Of a stretch of DNA of 64,000 bases, positions 38,320-52,629 are shown one piece after another. The stretch's first letter is position 1. Every line of letters starts with the position of its first letter. The notes below the pieces were generated by a model, which saw nothing but the letters and a program-made list of their open reading frames with translations, made no database searches and had not been told where the DNA came from. Location of the stretch: assembly GCF_036321535.1 (NCBI RefSeq), contig NC_087436.1, positions 26,414,001 through 26,478,000 on the forward strand, in the 5' to 3' direction. The translations under genes were made by a program, and so were the position numbers. Origin of the DNA: Camelus dromedarius. Taxonomy: Eukaryota.

Positions 38320-41300
38320 CTTATTTTCAATTGAAATATAATTAGTATATAATATTATATTAGTTTCAGGTGTACAACATAGTGATTCATTATTTTTATA
38401 CATTATGAAATAACCATCACAGTAAGTCTACTTGCCATCTGTCACCATACAAAGTTATTACAATATAATTGACTATATTCCTAATACTGTACATTACATC
38501 ATGGGATATACAGTATTTTTTAGCTGGAAATTTGTACTGCTTAATCTCCTTCACCTATTTTGTTTGCCCCCCTGACTTCTGACAACTACCAGTTTGTTCT
38601 CTGTATCTATGAGTCTGTTTCTGATCTGTTTTGTTTGTTCATTTGTTTTGTTTTTTAGATTCCACATAGAAGTGAAATCATTCAGTATTTATATTTCTCT
38701 GACTTATTTCACATAGCATAATACTGTCCAGGTCCATCCATGTTGCCACCAATGGAAGACCTGATTTTTTTTTTTTTGGCTGAGTAATAATCCATTGTAC
38801 ATAAACAGCACATCTTCTTTATCCATTCATCTATCAGTGGGCACTTAGGTTGCTTCCATAATTTGGTTATTGTATATAGTGCTACAGTGAACATAAGGGT
38901 ATATATATCTTTTTGAATTAGTGTTTTTCTTATCTTCAGATAAATACCCAGAAGTGGAATTTCTGAATTGTATGGTATTTCTGTTTTTAGTTTTTTGAGG
39001 ATCCTCCATACTGTTTTCCATAGTGGCTGCACCAAGTTTTGTTTCCACTAACAGTGCACTAGGGTTCCTTTTTCTCCACATCCTTCACAGAACTTGTTTC
39101 TTAGCTTTCTGATAATAGCCATTCTGGCAGGTGAGAGGTGGTTTCCCATAGAGATTTACTTTTCTCTAATGATTGGTGATGGTGGGCATCTCTTCATGTG
39201 CTGTTGGCCATCTGTGTGTCTTCTTTGGAAAAATGTCTATTTAGTTCCTCTGTCCATCAATCAAGTTCTTTCTTTTTTAATATTGAATTGAATGAGTTCT
39301 TTATAGTTTTTGGGTATCAACCCCTTACTTGATATATCATTTGCAAATATCTTCTCTCATTCTGTGGGTTACCTTTTCATTTTGTTGGTTGTTTCCTTCA
39401 CTGTGCGAAAACTTTTCAATTTGATGTAGTCCCATTTGTTTATTTTTGTTTTTGTTGTCCTTACCTGAAGAGATATATCCAAAATAAGTACTGCTAAGAC
39501 TTATGTCAAAGAACATACTGCCTATGTATTCTTCTAATTTTATGGTTTCGGGTCTTACCTTCAAGTCTTTACTCCATTTGACTTTATTTTTATATACGGT
39601 GTAAGAAAATGGCCCAGTTTAATTCTTTTGCATATAGCTGTATAGTTTTCCCAACAACATTTATTGATGAGACTTTTTCTCTATTGTATATTCTTGCCTC
39701 TTTTGTTGTAGATTAATTGACTATATGAGCATGGATTTATTTCTGGGACCTCTATTCTGTTCCATTGATCTATATGTCTGTTTTTGTGCCAGTACCGTAC
39801 TATTCTGATTACTAATATTGTTTTAAGTCTGGGAGCATGATTTCTCAAGCTTTCTGTGTTATTCTTTCTCAACGTTGGTTTGGCTATTTGGGATCTTTTG
39901 TGTTTTCATACAGATTTTAGTATTACTTGTTCTAGTTCTGTGAAAAATGTCATGGATATTTTGAGAGGGGTTACATTGGATCTATAAATTGCTTTGTATA
40001 TTATGGAAATTTTAATGACATTGATTCTTCTAATCTGTTAGCACAGTCTATCTTTTCATTTATTGTGTCATCTTCAGTTTCTTTCCTCAATGTCTTATAG
40101 TTTTCCAAGTACACATTTTTCACCTCCTTAGTTAAATTTATTTCTGTTTATTTTGGGGTTTTATGCAGTCGTAAATGGTTTTCTTAATGTCTCTTTCTGA
40201 TAGTATGTAAACAGTATATAGAAATGCAACAGATTACTGTATATAGATTTTGTATCCTGTAAGTTTACTGAATTTATTTTTTAGTTCTAAATAGTTATAT
40301 GGTGGAATCTTTGGAGAGTTTCTATATAGTATTATATCATTTGCAAACAATGACAGTTTTACTTCTTCCATTCCACGTTGAATCTCGTTTAATCATTTTT
40401 TGTATGCCTAATTGTTGTGGTAAGGATTTTTCGTACTATGTTGAATAAAAGTGGTGAGAGTGTTGTTTTATTCCTGATCTTAGAAGAAAAGCTTTTAGCT
40501 TTTCACTAAGTTATGATTTTTAGCTGTGAATTTGTCGTATATGGCTGATCTACTGCTTTTACTGTATATTTGCCTTTATCAGAAAGATTTTTATTTCCAT
40601 ATATATTCTTATTTTCAGCTGTGGTCTTTTCTTTTTTACTGAAGGAAAACCCTTTAACATTTCTTGTAAAACCTGTTTAGTGATGATGAACTCCTTTAGT
40701 TTTTGCCTGTCTGGGAAATTCTTTATCTCATCTTTGGTTCTGAATAGTAACGTAGCCATATAGAGTATTCTATGTTGTAATTTTTTTTTCCTTCAACGCT
40801 TTAAATATATCCTTCTACTCCCTTCTGGCTTGTAAAGTTTCTGCTGAAACATCAGTGGATAGACTTATAGGGTTTTTATTGTATGTGATTAGTTGTTTTT
40901 CTCTTTTTGCCTTTTAGATTCTCTCTTTATCTTTAACTCATGACATTTTAATTAGAGTATGTCTTGGTGTATATCTCTTTGGGTTCATCTTGTTTGGTCC
41001 TCTATGTGCTTCCTGTATCTAACTCTGTTTTCTTTTCCAGGTTAGGGAAGTTTTCAGCAATTATTTCTTCAAATAATTTTTCTGTCCTTTTCTCTCTTCT
41101 CCTTCTGGGATCCTTGTAATGAGAATGTTGGTATGATTGATGTTGAACTAGAGGTCCGTTAAACTATCCTCATTTTTGAAAAATTCTTTTTGCTATTCTG
41201 ATTGAGTGATTTCCACTATTCTATTTCCCAGATAACTTATCTGTTCTTCTGTATGATTTAATCTGCTGTTTATTTCCTTTAGTGTTTTTTATGTCAGTTA

Positions 41301-42304
41301 TTGTATTCTTCAGCTCTGATTGGTTCTTTCTTAAATTTTCTGTTTATTGAAGTTCTTACTGAGTTTATCCATTCTTCCACCAAGTTCAGTGAACAAGTTT
41401 ATTACCATTGTTTTGAATTTTTTACCAGGTAAATTACTTATGTCCATTTCATTAGGTTTTTCCCTGGTATTTTACCTTACTCTTCATTTGGAACATATTC
41501 CTCTCTCTCCTCATTTTGTTTGACTTTCTATGTTTGTCTCTATGAATTAGGCAAAACAACTACCTCTCCTGGTCTTGAAGGAGTGTTGTTGTGTGTTAGG
41601 ATTCCCTGTGTCAACTTCATGCACTAGGCAGCATTGGCAGGCCAGCTGGAGCTGGAGTGGGTGCCAGACGAGGGAGTTCTGAAGTGCTCCTCACCAGGGC
41701 CACCTTGGTGGGATGGATGGAGTTATAGTAGGCAAGGTGTTGGTATCTCTGGGTGCTCCTTGCTGGGGCTGCCTTGGTGGGATGGCTGGAGCTGGATCTG
41801 ACTTGAGCCAGAAGGACTCCTGGGGCAGGCTGTGCCCAAGACCACTTTGATGGGTCAGCTGGAACTGGAGTGGGTGCAAGTCTCAGAGAGGCTCAAACAA
41901 TGGCACTCACTGCCATCTCTAAGCCCTGAGAGATTTCCAGCAGTTCTCCACTCATCTGGTGGACAATCTAAAGTTGGTAATTGGATTTCTTTCTTGACAG
42001 TCTAACAGTCCTTTAAACCACTGTTTTTTTCATTGTGTCCCAAGAAAGTGGAGTCTCTTCTCTGGCCCTCAGTGGTATTCCTCTCTACAGTAGGGCTCTG
42101 CTTTGGGAGTGAGATTCCTGTGGATACCATGCCTCTGTCTTTTCTACTTGTTTATATGTGGTCCCTCTATGTGCAGAAGCTGTTCAATCAGCCCTCAGAC
42201 CTCTTCAGGAGGTATTGTTGTATATGTAGGTATAGATTCAGTGTGTCCATGGGAAAAGATGGGCTCAAGATCTTCCTTTGCTGCCATCTTAGACCCCAGT
42301 CTTC
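38320..42304 (-). mobile_element. Both-ends-intact L1 (~4 kb) lacking the ORF2 endonuclease and RT N-half
   Basis: 17-bp TSD aggataggtt(g/a)atttta at 38303-38319 and 42305-42321; 5' end ctgccatctt (AAGATGGCAG); ORF1 C-terminus (IKNFPDRQKLKEFIITKQVLQEMLKG); junction into ORF2 at about 40546. Confidence 0.95.
41632..41880. repeat. ~70-bp tandem monomers (about 4) in the L1 5'UTR
   Basis: ccttggtgggatgg / gctggagctggagtggg motifs recur at about 41632, 41703, 41772 and 41845. Confidence 0.65.
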
Positions 42305-42984
42305 AGGATAGGTTAATTTTAATTTGTTTGCTTTCATTTCTGCTTATGCCCTACTTATAAGGATTAATGTTTAGATATTAAGACTAACTGTATCATCAAA
42401 GGACAATGTGTACAATGATAAGTGTATATATGTGAAATAATAAAAATTAAAATGAATTAAAACTTTAGTAATTATCCTCAAGAAGGTTAAAAAGCTCGCT
42501 TTTATCTGGTATTTGGGCAGTGGACATACTTTGGTCAGCGCAGTGTTATCAAAGTTTCTCGAATTAGTTGACCAATAAAATCCAGAAATAGGAACTTTTC
42601 TTAATGAAAAAAATCAGAATATTGACAACAGGCACTGGATTTTAGCATGACCAAAATTAGCTAGAGTCAAATTGTCACTTGGTCAGTTAAATGAGTCATG
42701 TACTTGACAGTTTGTCATAGTCCCTCCACTAGCTGTTGTCTCATGACACCAACAAACCCCTGCTTTACCCAGCAATACTAATGGTCTGATTCTGTGTGCA
42801 CTTAATACCAAGCAGAGAGATATATACTTCAATAACTGAATTGAATTTTTTTGTTCAGGTTTTTGACATCATAAAAAAATTATCAAAATTTTCCATAAAA
42901 AATGTTTCTTTCTTATAAAAGAAAATTTAGAAACAAAATATATCAATAAAAATGAATTTTACTATAAAATTTAATCCATAATGC

Positions 42985-43175
42985 TGTAACCTAGAAACAG
43001 ACATCAGAGAGAATCCTGGATCTACTAGTTCCAAGTTTTGTAATTTAATTTACTTTTCTTATTCTTTATACCCTCACCTACAAAAGAATTCATTAATAAT
43101 ATCAGCCTCATACATTTGTTCTCCATATTAAAAGAAAGAAGTGCTTAGCTTTTTTGCCTGGCAGACATTAAACAT
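42985..43175 (+). mobile_element. MIR (degenerate)
   Basis: aatcctggatctactagtt...ctcacctacaaaa...agtgcttagc. Confidence 0.5.
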
Positions 43176-44029
43176 TTGCATTAGAGTACTATTAAATAAC
43201 TCTTTTAAAAATGTTTTTGTTCAAGAATTTTACCAGTAAATTGAAAACAGTTAGGGCAGCTCTGACTGGTAGTGGTGTCCTACCACTGGGGATGTTTTCT
43301 TAGCCTCTTCAAAGGACTGAGGCACATGCAACTCAGCATGAGACCGTTGACATTTGACACTTTGTTAAATGGAGGCAGAAGGCCATTCCAACGAGCAGGT
43401 GTTTCACTCTGAAAGGAAAAACAAAGACCATTCTCTTTACTCTGAGAGTGTTTTATCCAGAACCTTTTAAGGGCATTTCAGGAGGAAATAAGTAGATTTC
43501 TTGATGGAAGGAAAATGTAAAACTTTTAGATCATAAAGACACTATTTATTTAGGAGCCCTCTTATATAGAGCATAGGAGAATCTTTAAAAGTGTGAAGAC
43601 ACAGAACCTAGTGGCAGAATCTCCCAGGCTGCCCAGAAGGTACTAGGAAGATTCTGTGTGGTCTCTGTTCACTAGAATTGGGCAGTAAAGTCATTGCTAT
43701 GCGAAACAGACTACCTCTTTCAACTTAATATGGCAAATTCTGGGATTACTTATGAAGGGGAGGAACTTTGGTGCTCTGGTTATCTTGTAAAATAGGGTCT
43801 TCCCAGTGCTTCATTGAGCTCTTGCATGAACCACAACACATACCAAATGAAAAATCCTATTTTTGAATAAAAACATAATTTAAAAAATAAGTAGGAGTTA
43901 TTTACTATGAAAAGAACTTGCTTGACTTATTTATGCCAGCTTTAGGATTGATACTATTTTTTAATTATGTGAAAGTAACAGAACGTTAGAAGGCTCTCAG
44001 TTTTGTATCCCGCCCTCTTTTGTCCCTCT

Positions 44030-47000
44030 GGCCAACAGGTGTCTGACTTTCTGAATCTTAGCCTCTGTCTTCACTCTGGTACTCTCAGATCTCTCCACAA
44101 CTTTATGCAAACAACCCCAGTGTGAGTGTGTTCTCCAAGAATATACTATATCAACTGAGGCTGCTTTGGGTTTCTATCCAAGATCTTTGCCTGCCCAACT
44201 AGAGCAGAATAAACTAATGCTACTTGATATTTTCTGTCAACTATCTTCCATAAGTGAGTCATTGGTAAATCATTCAATAGCTTTACTGGGGAGCTGCTTC
44301 TGGATAATGGGGTATATAGTGAGAGCATGAAAACCCATAATTACAAAGCCATTTTTGCATTCTTTTGCAGTAAAACAAGCTCCTTAGTGAGAAGTAACCA
44401 TCTATATGATATCAAACACAATGGTGAATAAGAACCTAAGAATATTAATACTGGCAGGAGTTCTATGAGCAAGAAAGATAAATTCATATGTAGAATGGGC
44501 CATCTTACCCATATGATTATTGAGAGACTCCTCTCAAGTGGGAGAACTTTTGTGAGTATATATATACAGAACAGAAAATTCTCACAATCCATGCACATGT
44601 TAAGTCTGTCTGTATTCTTCTCCCTCATGCATCGTTGTCCTAAGTATTTAAATATTTTCTTTCTAAACTCTTAATTGCTACAAGTCAGGGTACATCTGTA
44701 CCACAGGCCATCATTTCTTCCAGGAAGAGTACGTATCAAGTAGACAAATAGAAAGTCAACCCAGTGTGAGGAGTTGCACAGTTTTGCTCCAAAATCTGGA
44801 GCTAGGCATCGTCATTTCCTTATTTTGTGGCAGGCCCTGATTTTCCAGTTTATCACTCATATTCTGTCATGGATATTTGTACCTACCAACCGTCTAAAGT
44901 ACTGCTACTTTTTTTTTTCCCTCTACATGATTAAGCTTGATATCATCAAGGTGAGCCAGAATGATGCTCTGTAGAATTCAATACTATCCATGTCCCTGGG
45001 TATTGTATTATAAGAGATGGCTCAAGGTTGCCATAGAGCTTAGCTAAGACAGTGAGTTATACTGCCACACTGCCAGGTAAAGGTAAACTCCTTATTTTTC
45101 TTGTAAATTAGTATGAAGGTTTAGCAGTTTCCAGATCAATAGCTGCATATCAGATAACACAGTATACAGAGGTTAGCTCCAAAATGTCTGGTTTGGGAAA
45201 TGCAGCTCAGTTATCATCTGATGACAATTATGAAAATCTACAATCATTCTTCAAGAACTTCTGATTTTTTCCAAGGAAAACATTCAAGGAAAATAGCCAT
45301 GTGGTAGGAATCACCACCCCCTATATTGTTCAAGTATTTGAGGGTGACACTTATCTTTTCAATTCCCTCAGGGATCACAGATGGGGTATTGTTTCTGTTT
45401 TTTAAAATTTGGATGTCAGAGCAGTCATAAAGCTCTCATTTGTCCATTCTCATTATAATAACCTATACTACATGGGTCAGTAGCCTATGCAGGGATTCTG
45501 CCAGTTGCCAAGTATATATTACAATTATGTATTCTGAAACTGGGGAAATATATTCAAGGTGAAATCACAGGTACATTGACTTCAGTGCATGAAAAACCTA
45601 AAAAAAACTTTATTTAGCACCTGACTCATAATCCCCATCCCTTATCCAAGGGCCACAGTGGTGAATTGGATCTCCAGAGATCATCTTCAAAACATTAACA
45701 CTACCTAATAGTCACTGGAAAATTGCAGTATTTTCCTTTCCTCAGAGCACAATCACCCTGGTAATTGGCCTCAAGTTCCACTTGCGAAGGAGGCTTGTAG
45801 GGTGACTTATGGTATATACTTGTGGCATTGTTGAAGGGTATTTATTCAAAGGAATCCAATCTTCTCCTCAGGCAAGAGGCTCCGATTGTGAAGTGTGTCT
45901 TGGAATTGAGTAAGTCTGCACTTTTAAATAATATTTTACTAGCCTAAAAACTCTTTTATATCTGTGGGTCCAGTAATCAATTAGCCACCATTGAAGATAC
46001 TTGAGTGTCAAAGTCAAAATATCTTATTTGTCAATCCACCCCAGCTGCCCATTTTATTCTGATGATTAAATTTTACTACCCAGACTTTGTCACCTCAGGA
46101 TCCCATTAGTCCCATGGAAATCAATGAGTTCATTTCAATGGAGGTGTTTTCCAATGTTAACCTTGGTTTTCAAAGGAAAACCACCCCAGAGATTTTTCAC
46201 AGATGCTGGTGTTTCCCTCTTTAAGGTAGTTAATGATGCTTTGGTAAAGGAACTGTAGTTTGGATCTTCCTGATATAGCTTGTGTTACTCACATCATAAA
46301 TCTATTCTAACATTTACAGCTCCTAAATGTTTGGATTTCTTCTTCCTCCTCCTGCCAGGGACTTTCTGGCATCTCACTCTATTGAACGTGGTCCACTTTT
46401 GTGTATAGCTTTTGGTAAATTAATCAGTGTCAGAGCCACTTCCAACTGCTGGAAATTAGCACATTGAAATAAAAGTCTTAAGAAAATATATACATATGGA
46501 TAAATTTGATTGAATCCATGTTACAGAGTGCCTGTCACATTTAAATCTATTTCTATTAACGTCCCCCAGGATCTTGCCAAAATAAATGATCAAATCTTAC
46601 AATTATTTTTGTGTATATGACTTCTGATATTGGCTCAGAGTTTGCCTTATTTCCCAGAGATATGCTGGGGTGTGTCCTGTTATGGGTCTGGGGGCAAAGG
46701 GGAATAATGAGGGTGGGTCTTAAGGAGAATAGATAACCCATTGCAAAGTGAGATTATTACAGGGTCTTTAAGAAGGGGGGGATGTCTCCTCAGTAAAAGA
46801 AGGAAGAGGCTTTCTTCCACTGTGAGCAGAAGGCTCAGTGGAATGTTAAGGGCTCAAGTTTCTCAGATTCTTCTGACTCCGATTAGAAGTCTCCATTACA
46901 AATCTTGGGAACTCACTCTTCAGTGTTCTAGCCTTTATTTTAAAAAACAAAAACAAAAACAAAAACAAAAACAAAAACAAAAAAACTCAGTAAAACTTTT

Positions 47001-47472
47001 CATTCAATTTCCATTATTATTTCCCACCTGGCATGATTAAATTTAGAGTTTGATTCTTAGCCCTGTGGGGCCTGTGACTGTAAGAAATAAGATACTGTTT
47101 CATAGTTACAATAGAAGATTTCTCTCTGGTATTCTAAGTCTTGAGCTGAAAGCTTTAAAGCAAGATTTTTATCATTTTCTTTTCCAGTATAGCCCGAAGT
47201 GGTCATTTCATACTATGAACTTTGTAGTCATCATTTCTACCACAATGATCAAGGGCAACAGCAATTTTATTTCCAGAAGACCTGATTTCAAATAACCACT
47301 ACTGGTGATAGTTTAAGTAATAATGATGTAACCTTATGCCATGGGTATTTAGTATCCCTTTTCTGACTGACAGTAGGGAAATCACCACTATGTTGTAGCT
47401 CAAATAGGTGTAGAATCCAATTCCAGAATTCTAATGAAAGATCTGTTTCTTGAGACCACTTCTCCTAACAAC
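44030..47472 (-). mobile_element. Decayed ERVL (class III) internal region, gag-pro-pol, 3'-truncated
   Basis: Minus peptides: gag FTKA..RETPAS...NSLISMGLMGS (~46250-46100); protease-RT ISPVSEYII..ILGNWQNP (~45560-45490); RT *YAAIDLETA (~45150) and QSIILAHLDDIKL (44971-44933, degenerate YIDD); RNase H WKIVDRK. Left end approximate. Confidence 0.85.
46941..46986. repeat. (AAAAAC)n repeat
   Basis: About 7 units. Confidence 0.9.
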
Positions 47473-47986
47473 GGTATTAGTCAGGTTCATGTCAGGAAAA
47501 CAGAATCTATACTAGATAATTCCAGTGAGTGTAATATAGGGAACTAGTTACAGAGGTACACAAAGAGCTGAAAAAAGGGGAATATGAGACAACTAGAAAT
47601 CAACTGCAGAAACCCCCTTAGGGTAGGAGGGGCTGGAGAAAACGATGGGGTTACCAGGGTCCAGGAGCTATAAACACCAGGCAGGAGCTGAACCCATGGG
47701 TTGGAGACCTTTCCCAGGCCTACCTGGAGGAGCTGGGACATGGGGCAGGGGATAGCTGTAAGGTAAAAGCTGAAATATGAGCCTGTGCTAGAGATGATCA
47801 CTGGAGGCTGGAAAGGAGTTGCCCTGGTTTATCTCTTCTTCCTGCTCTCTGGACCCACCAGGCCACCCACTGACTGCGCCTAACTGAAACCAGGAGGTGC
47901 AGAAGCATGAGGATTATCATCTGTAGGTATCAACCCCGTGAGGAGCAGGGGTGGATCTGAGAGCAAACAGGGAAATGACTGGCATA
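47473..47986 (-). mobile_element. 5' LTR of the ERVL provirus (LTR41/LTR50-like)
   Basis: gtattagtcagg...tcaggaaaacagaa...ggatctgagagcaaacagggaaatgactggcata; abuts the ERVL leader (gagaccacttctcctaacaa). Confidence 0.7.
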
Positions 47987-48219
47987 ACATTTTCATACAT
48001 TTGTGCCCAAATAGGTCATGTGTTCTAAATGGAAAACAAATTTTAATTTGTAACAGTTATATTTAAGCTATTTACCTAGTATTGGGAAGATATAAGGAAG
48101 AGGCATTCTTTTTCTAAGATTACTTACCAGGCTAGATAAAGAGACTCTCTCCAGTATAAGAAAGAAAGCACATTTAACCCTGGGTGAGGCTAATTTTTTT
48201 TTTTTTTTACCTTTGTCTC

Positions 48220-48750
48220 TGTGTAGTTTTCTATTGCTACATGAGAAATGATCACAAACTTAGCAGCTGAAAACCGAATCAATTTTCCATGTCACAGTTC
48301 TGTTGGTGAGAAGTTTGAGTCACTCAATTGGCTTACAGACCCGGCTGTCTCTTTGGTTGGACGTAGGGAGTAATCCACTACCAACCTCATCCATTGTTGG
48401 CTGAAATCATTTCTTGTGGTTGTAGGATGGAGGTGCGTGTTTTCTTGCTTGCTTTAAGGTGGAGGCTGCCTCTTGTTTTGGCGTTTGGCTCTCTCCGCAT
48501 TCAAGCTATCAGTACGACACATCAGACCTTGTATTTTGAGTCTCTTCCCCTTCTGCTACCAGAGAAGTCTCTGCTTCTGAGGGCTCATTCAGTTAGATCA
48601 AGCATACTCGGTTAGTCCTCTATCTTAATGCCAATTGTGTCATGTAACATGATTAAAGAAGTGACATCTCATTATAGACACAGATTCCAGGGATTAGGGT
48701 GAGACATCATGGCGCATAAGGAGGGCATTTTAGCAACTCTGCCTGCCACT
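48220..48750 (-). mobile_element. MLT1-family LTR
   Basis: tagttttctattgct...cacaaacttagcagct...gggcattttagcaactctgcctgccac. Confidence 0.75.
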
Positions 48751-51084
48751 ATGGCACACCCCAGTAAGGGGTAGTGACAGAACATTCTTACAGTAACATC
48801 TGCTTTGTGCCTCAAGAGTAATTGCCTTGATTACCTTTGGCATTGATAATGAAATAAATATTTCAAAATAATACAGGAATTTATTTAATGATGACATTTT
48901 AAATTAATTTCTGAACTAAAAAAACACTGGCATTTGTGAAAATGTGAAAAAAGTTCTATCCATTTATAGTAAACAAAATAGTCCTCTTTTTGAACAAAGA
49001 TGATTCTTTAAAGCTCTATAAAAAAGGAAATAGGTTTATAAAAATATCCAAGTCCCATGGTTCCAATAGATTTTGTTAGGTGTGTGACTTTCTGGATAGT
49101 TTCCTTTTTCCTAAGGAAGGAGCTATTTGAGCATCATGTAACTTTCCACCATTAATTCTCTTGGAGCACGAAATTGTGGCTGTGTAGCCGCTGCACTGCC
49201 TCTAGAGCAACCACACTCACATATTAAGGTAGCAAGCCCAGCATTTATCTGTAAATTTAGAGCCTTTCCTACAGTGAAACATCATGGAATAATAAATTTA
49301 AAAAAGCTAGGAATTATTGTGAGTTGCCTGAAATATTTTCCCCATTAATTTAAAATTATTACTTAATTTTGATATTTCTTTCTTTGGAAATAGATTCTCT
49401 GTTGATTTTACAAGAAGCCATAAATTCTTAAGGAATCATCAGTCAGCTATTAGCTTTGCATTATTTCAAGCAAATGACAATATTATGTGATAATAAAACA
49501 GTAAACTTCTTAAATTAGACATGTGCATTAAAACAAACCCTTCCTGGTTGGAAACCCAAGTGACTGTCATTAGCCACTTTAGTATCACAGCAGGTTACAC
49601 AAATTATTATTGCATTTAATTAGCATTCTGACAAGTTGAGGAATTCTTTACCTGCATTCAGATTATACACAGAAAATGATTTGAAAGCATTTCCTGCCTT
49701 GAAAACATCAAAGCAAATCAAAGAAATCAGCTCCAATATTATCTTTATTATCAAATACTCAGGGATCATTAAACCAAATGACAGAGGAAGAAATGCCAAT
49801 TATAAATGTTGTTTTAAGCTGACATTTGATTTTCCATATGAGGAGATTATTACGAACAGATTGATATAGTTCAACAAAACTATTTTACTGTGATATAATG
49901 CTCATATTACCATTGTTCACTTCCTTTTCTTGATAAAAGAAATAGAGTAAAATATAACAATTTAATATTTAGTGCATCATTCAATTTCTGTTTAATTCTA
50001 CTCCTGTTGTAATACATGTTACATAATTAGTTATTTTGAATTACTGAATATCATTTTAAATTCCCAGCAGAAGTGAGAGTTTCAGTGGTGGAAGAATATA
50101 TAGATTTATACACACGAAAAAGTTTCTGTGCTAAAAAACAATGCTCTAAGACAAAACAGACTAATAAAAAATGGTAAGAATATGAAAATACATTTAATGT
50201 AACACTAAATAAAATTAATTTCATAATTTGAAATATTTACAAGTGATATTACTACTTGTTATGATTATTTACTGATAACATTTAGCAGAACTTTCTCAGA
50301 CTCAGCTAGTTTCTTGATGCAAAATCTCTAATGTGATGACAAGAGTAAAACTTGCATAAGAATTTACTCATTTCAAAAAATAAATTTCTCATTTTTGTTA
50401 CATCGGAACTAAAATCAACTTTGTGTATACAGTAAGTATAGTTTTACTTCCTATAAAAATATTCATTTCAAATATGAAAGTTTCTCGGAAAAACTACAAG
50501 AATAATAATTAGATAAGTGTATATAAGTGGAAACTGTTATCTAGACTTAGATAGCTCACAGATTCAGTATAGTTAAAGATACGTTGAAATTCACAGTAGA
50601 TTTTTTTATTATTATAATGATGAAAGACAACATTTTTCTACTCCTTACCTTAAGTTTTATGTGTAAATAACACCGATGATTTCCCATATTATGGGGAGAG
50701 ACAAGAATTGTTACTAAGAAATCTGAAGCATTAAATTCAATATTAGAAACTATCTTCTCTAACTGAGCATAACTGGTATTACTTCTTAGTATGATTACAC
50801 AATTCTATAAAAATGAATTGTTTTTCTTTTTTGGAGGAGGAAAATACATGAACTAAGGAGATTTTTATATAAGGTCCTTACTAATTATTCGAAGTCTATT
50901 GAACATTAAATTCTAAAAAAAAATCCTTCTAGTCATGAAGATTTTAGAATTTATTACCTAATTTATATAAAGATAAATTTTTTTTGTTTTTTTTTTGTTT
51001 TTACCAGAAAACCCATTTTTTTTTTCTTTTTACATTATCTTGGCTCTCTACATACTAATTAATATACCCAGTCTGTAGTTAACC

Positions 51085-51290
51085 ACTTGGGTATAGATTC
51101 TCCTATCTGAAAGTTAGGTGATATTGGACAACTTAATTGAGCTTTTTGTGACCAAGTTTTCCCATCTCTAAAGGTAGGATGAATAGTAGTATTTATATCA
51201 TTAATTGTTTGGAGAAGCAGCTGAGTAGTACAAGTAAAGATAATAGGAAAAATAAAACCTCACACAAGCCCTCAGTAAATGTTAGATAAA
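51085..51290 (+). mobile_element. MIR
   Basis: ttggacaacttaatt...agttttcccatctctaaa...ctcagtaaatgttag. Confidence 0.6.
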
Positions 51291-52629
51291 TTTATGAGTA
51301 AAACAATACATGAATTAAACAAAATAAAATTCTCAAAGACCTTTTCTGTATTTTCAGTTTATTGAGTTTGGGCATTTTTCATACGTGACACACTTTGCCT
51401 ATAAAAAGTAAATTACCAACAATAAGAGCATAGCAACAACCTAGAATGAAATCTTTTCAATTTTTCTGATAATAACCATACAAAGCATTTAGAAGGATAA
51501 TCGGAACCTGCCATATTTTATACCTTTAGCAGAACCTAAGACAGATTAAAAACTGCCAAGCTCAAAATACCTGGTATATAATAGGGAAAAATATACAGAA
51601 TAAGAACAAAATGTTTGCAGGATTATACCAGTTGCTGAATAAGAATAGGGAAGGCCAAGGAATCAAGCCTGTGTTTGATCCCAGGGAAAATGACAGCAGT
51701 GAAGGAGTAGGAGGATTTTACCCCAGAAGGCAGGAGGCTCTACCTCATGGGAAAACTGGCTGTGATTTCTGATAATGACTAGGGCAGGGCATTGTGCTAG
51801 GAGTAAAGGAAATAAAGCAAGGGCTGTGCAAAGGAATTAAGGTGGCAACACTTTGTTGTAAAGAAACCACTCAATTTGTACCAAGAGAAGAGAGAGCCTT
51901 TAAGTGAAGAAACTAGAAAACACTACCCTTACGCTTCACCACTTCTACATCAGATCATTCTATTAGCTGGACCAGGAAAAATTTATTCATTTAAATATGA
52001 ATAATAAGGAAGGAAAATGGCTATGTCAATAAACTGAGATTATAATTGAAGCAAACACGAGCACATACGCAGGAAACCAAAGAGAGGAAGGGGAAGGCTG
52101 TGAAGTACAAATTGACAGAAATCAGGAAATAAATTGAAGAAAAAATAATTTCAGAAAAGCAGACAAATTTACAAGTAGCAAAAGGGAGAAAAGAGACAAG
52201 AAAAAGCAAAGAAAGTAAGAGACATAGGGAATAAAAGTAAGAAAAGAAATGAAAATCTAACAGAAATAAAGTAAGAAATGAAAAGTATTAGAAAGAGACA
52301 TAGAAGGCATATAAAGAACAGACTAGCATACCTATTATTGGAAGCCAAAAGGAAAAAACATGAACCGGTAAAAAGTATTAGAAGAACAAAAAAACTAAGA
52401 TAAACTCAGAAAATAGTATATAATACATGAAATTCTAATTATTTTAGATATAGTAATGACATTTTGGCTATCTATGAAAATGATAATATTTTAATAGATG
52501 TATATTAAAGGTTTCGGTATAGAATGTTCCAGTTCTGTAATTTAAAAATACTTTTAGGACATTGAACATTGATATTCTACCTACTCATTAATCTGTATGT
52601 TTCAAAGAAAGGCTTTCATGTACTTTTAT

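Noticed and set aside
51400..52420. Purine-rich stretch, possibly an ancient L1/HAL1 ORF1 remnant
   Set aside because: Too degenerate to assign by eye.
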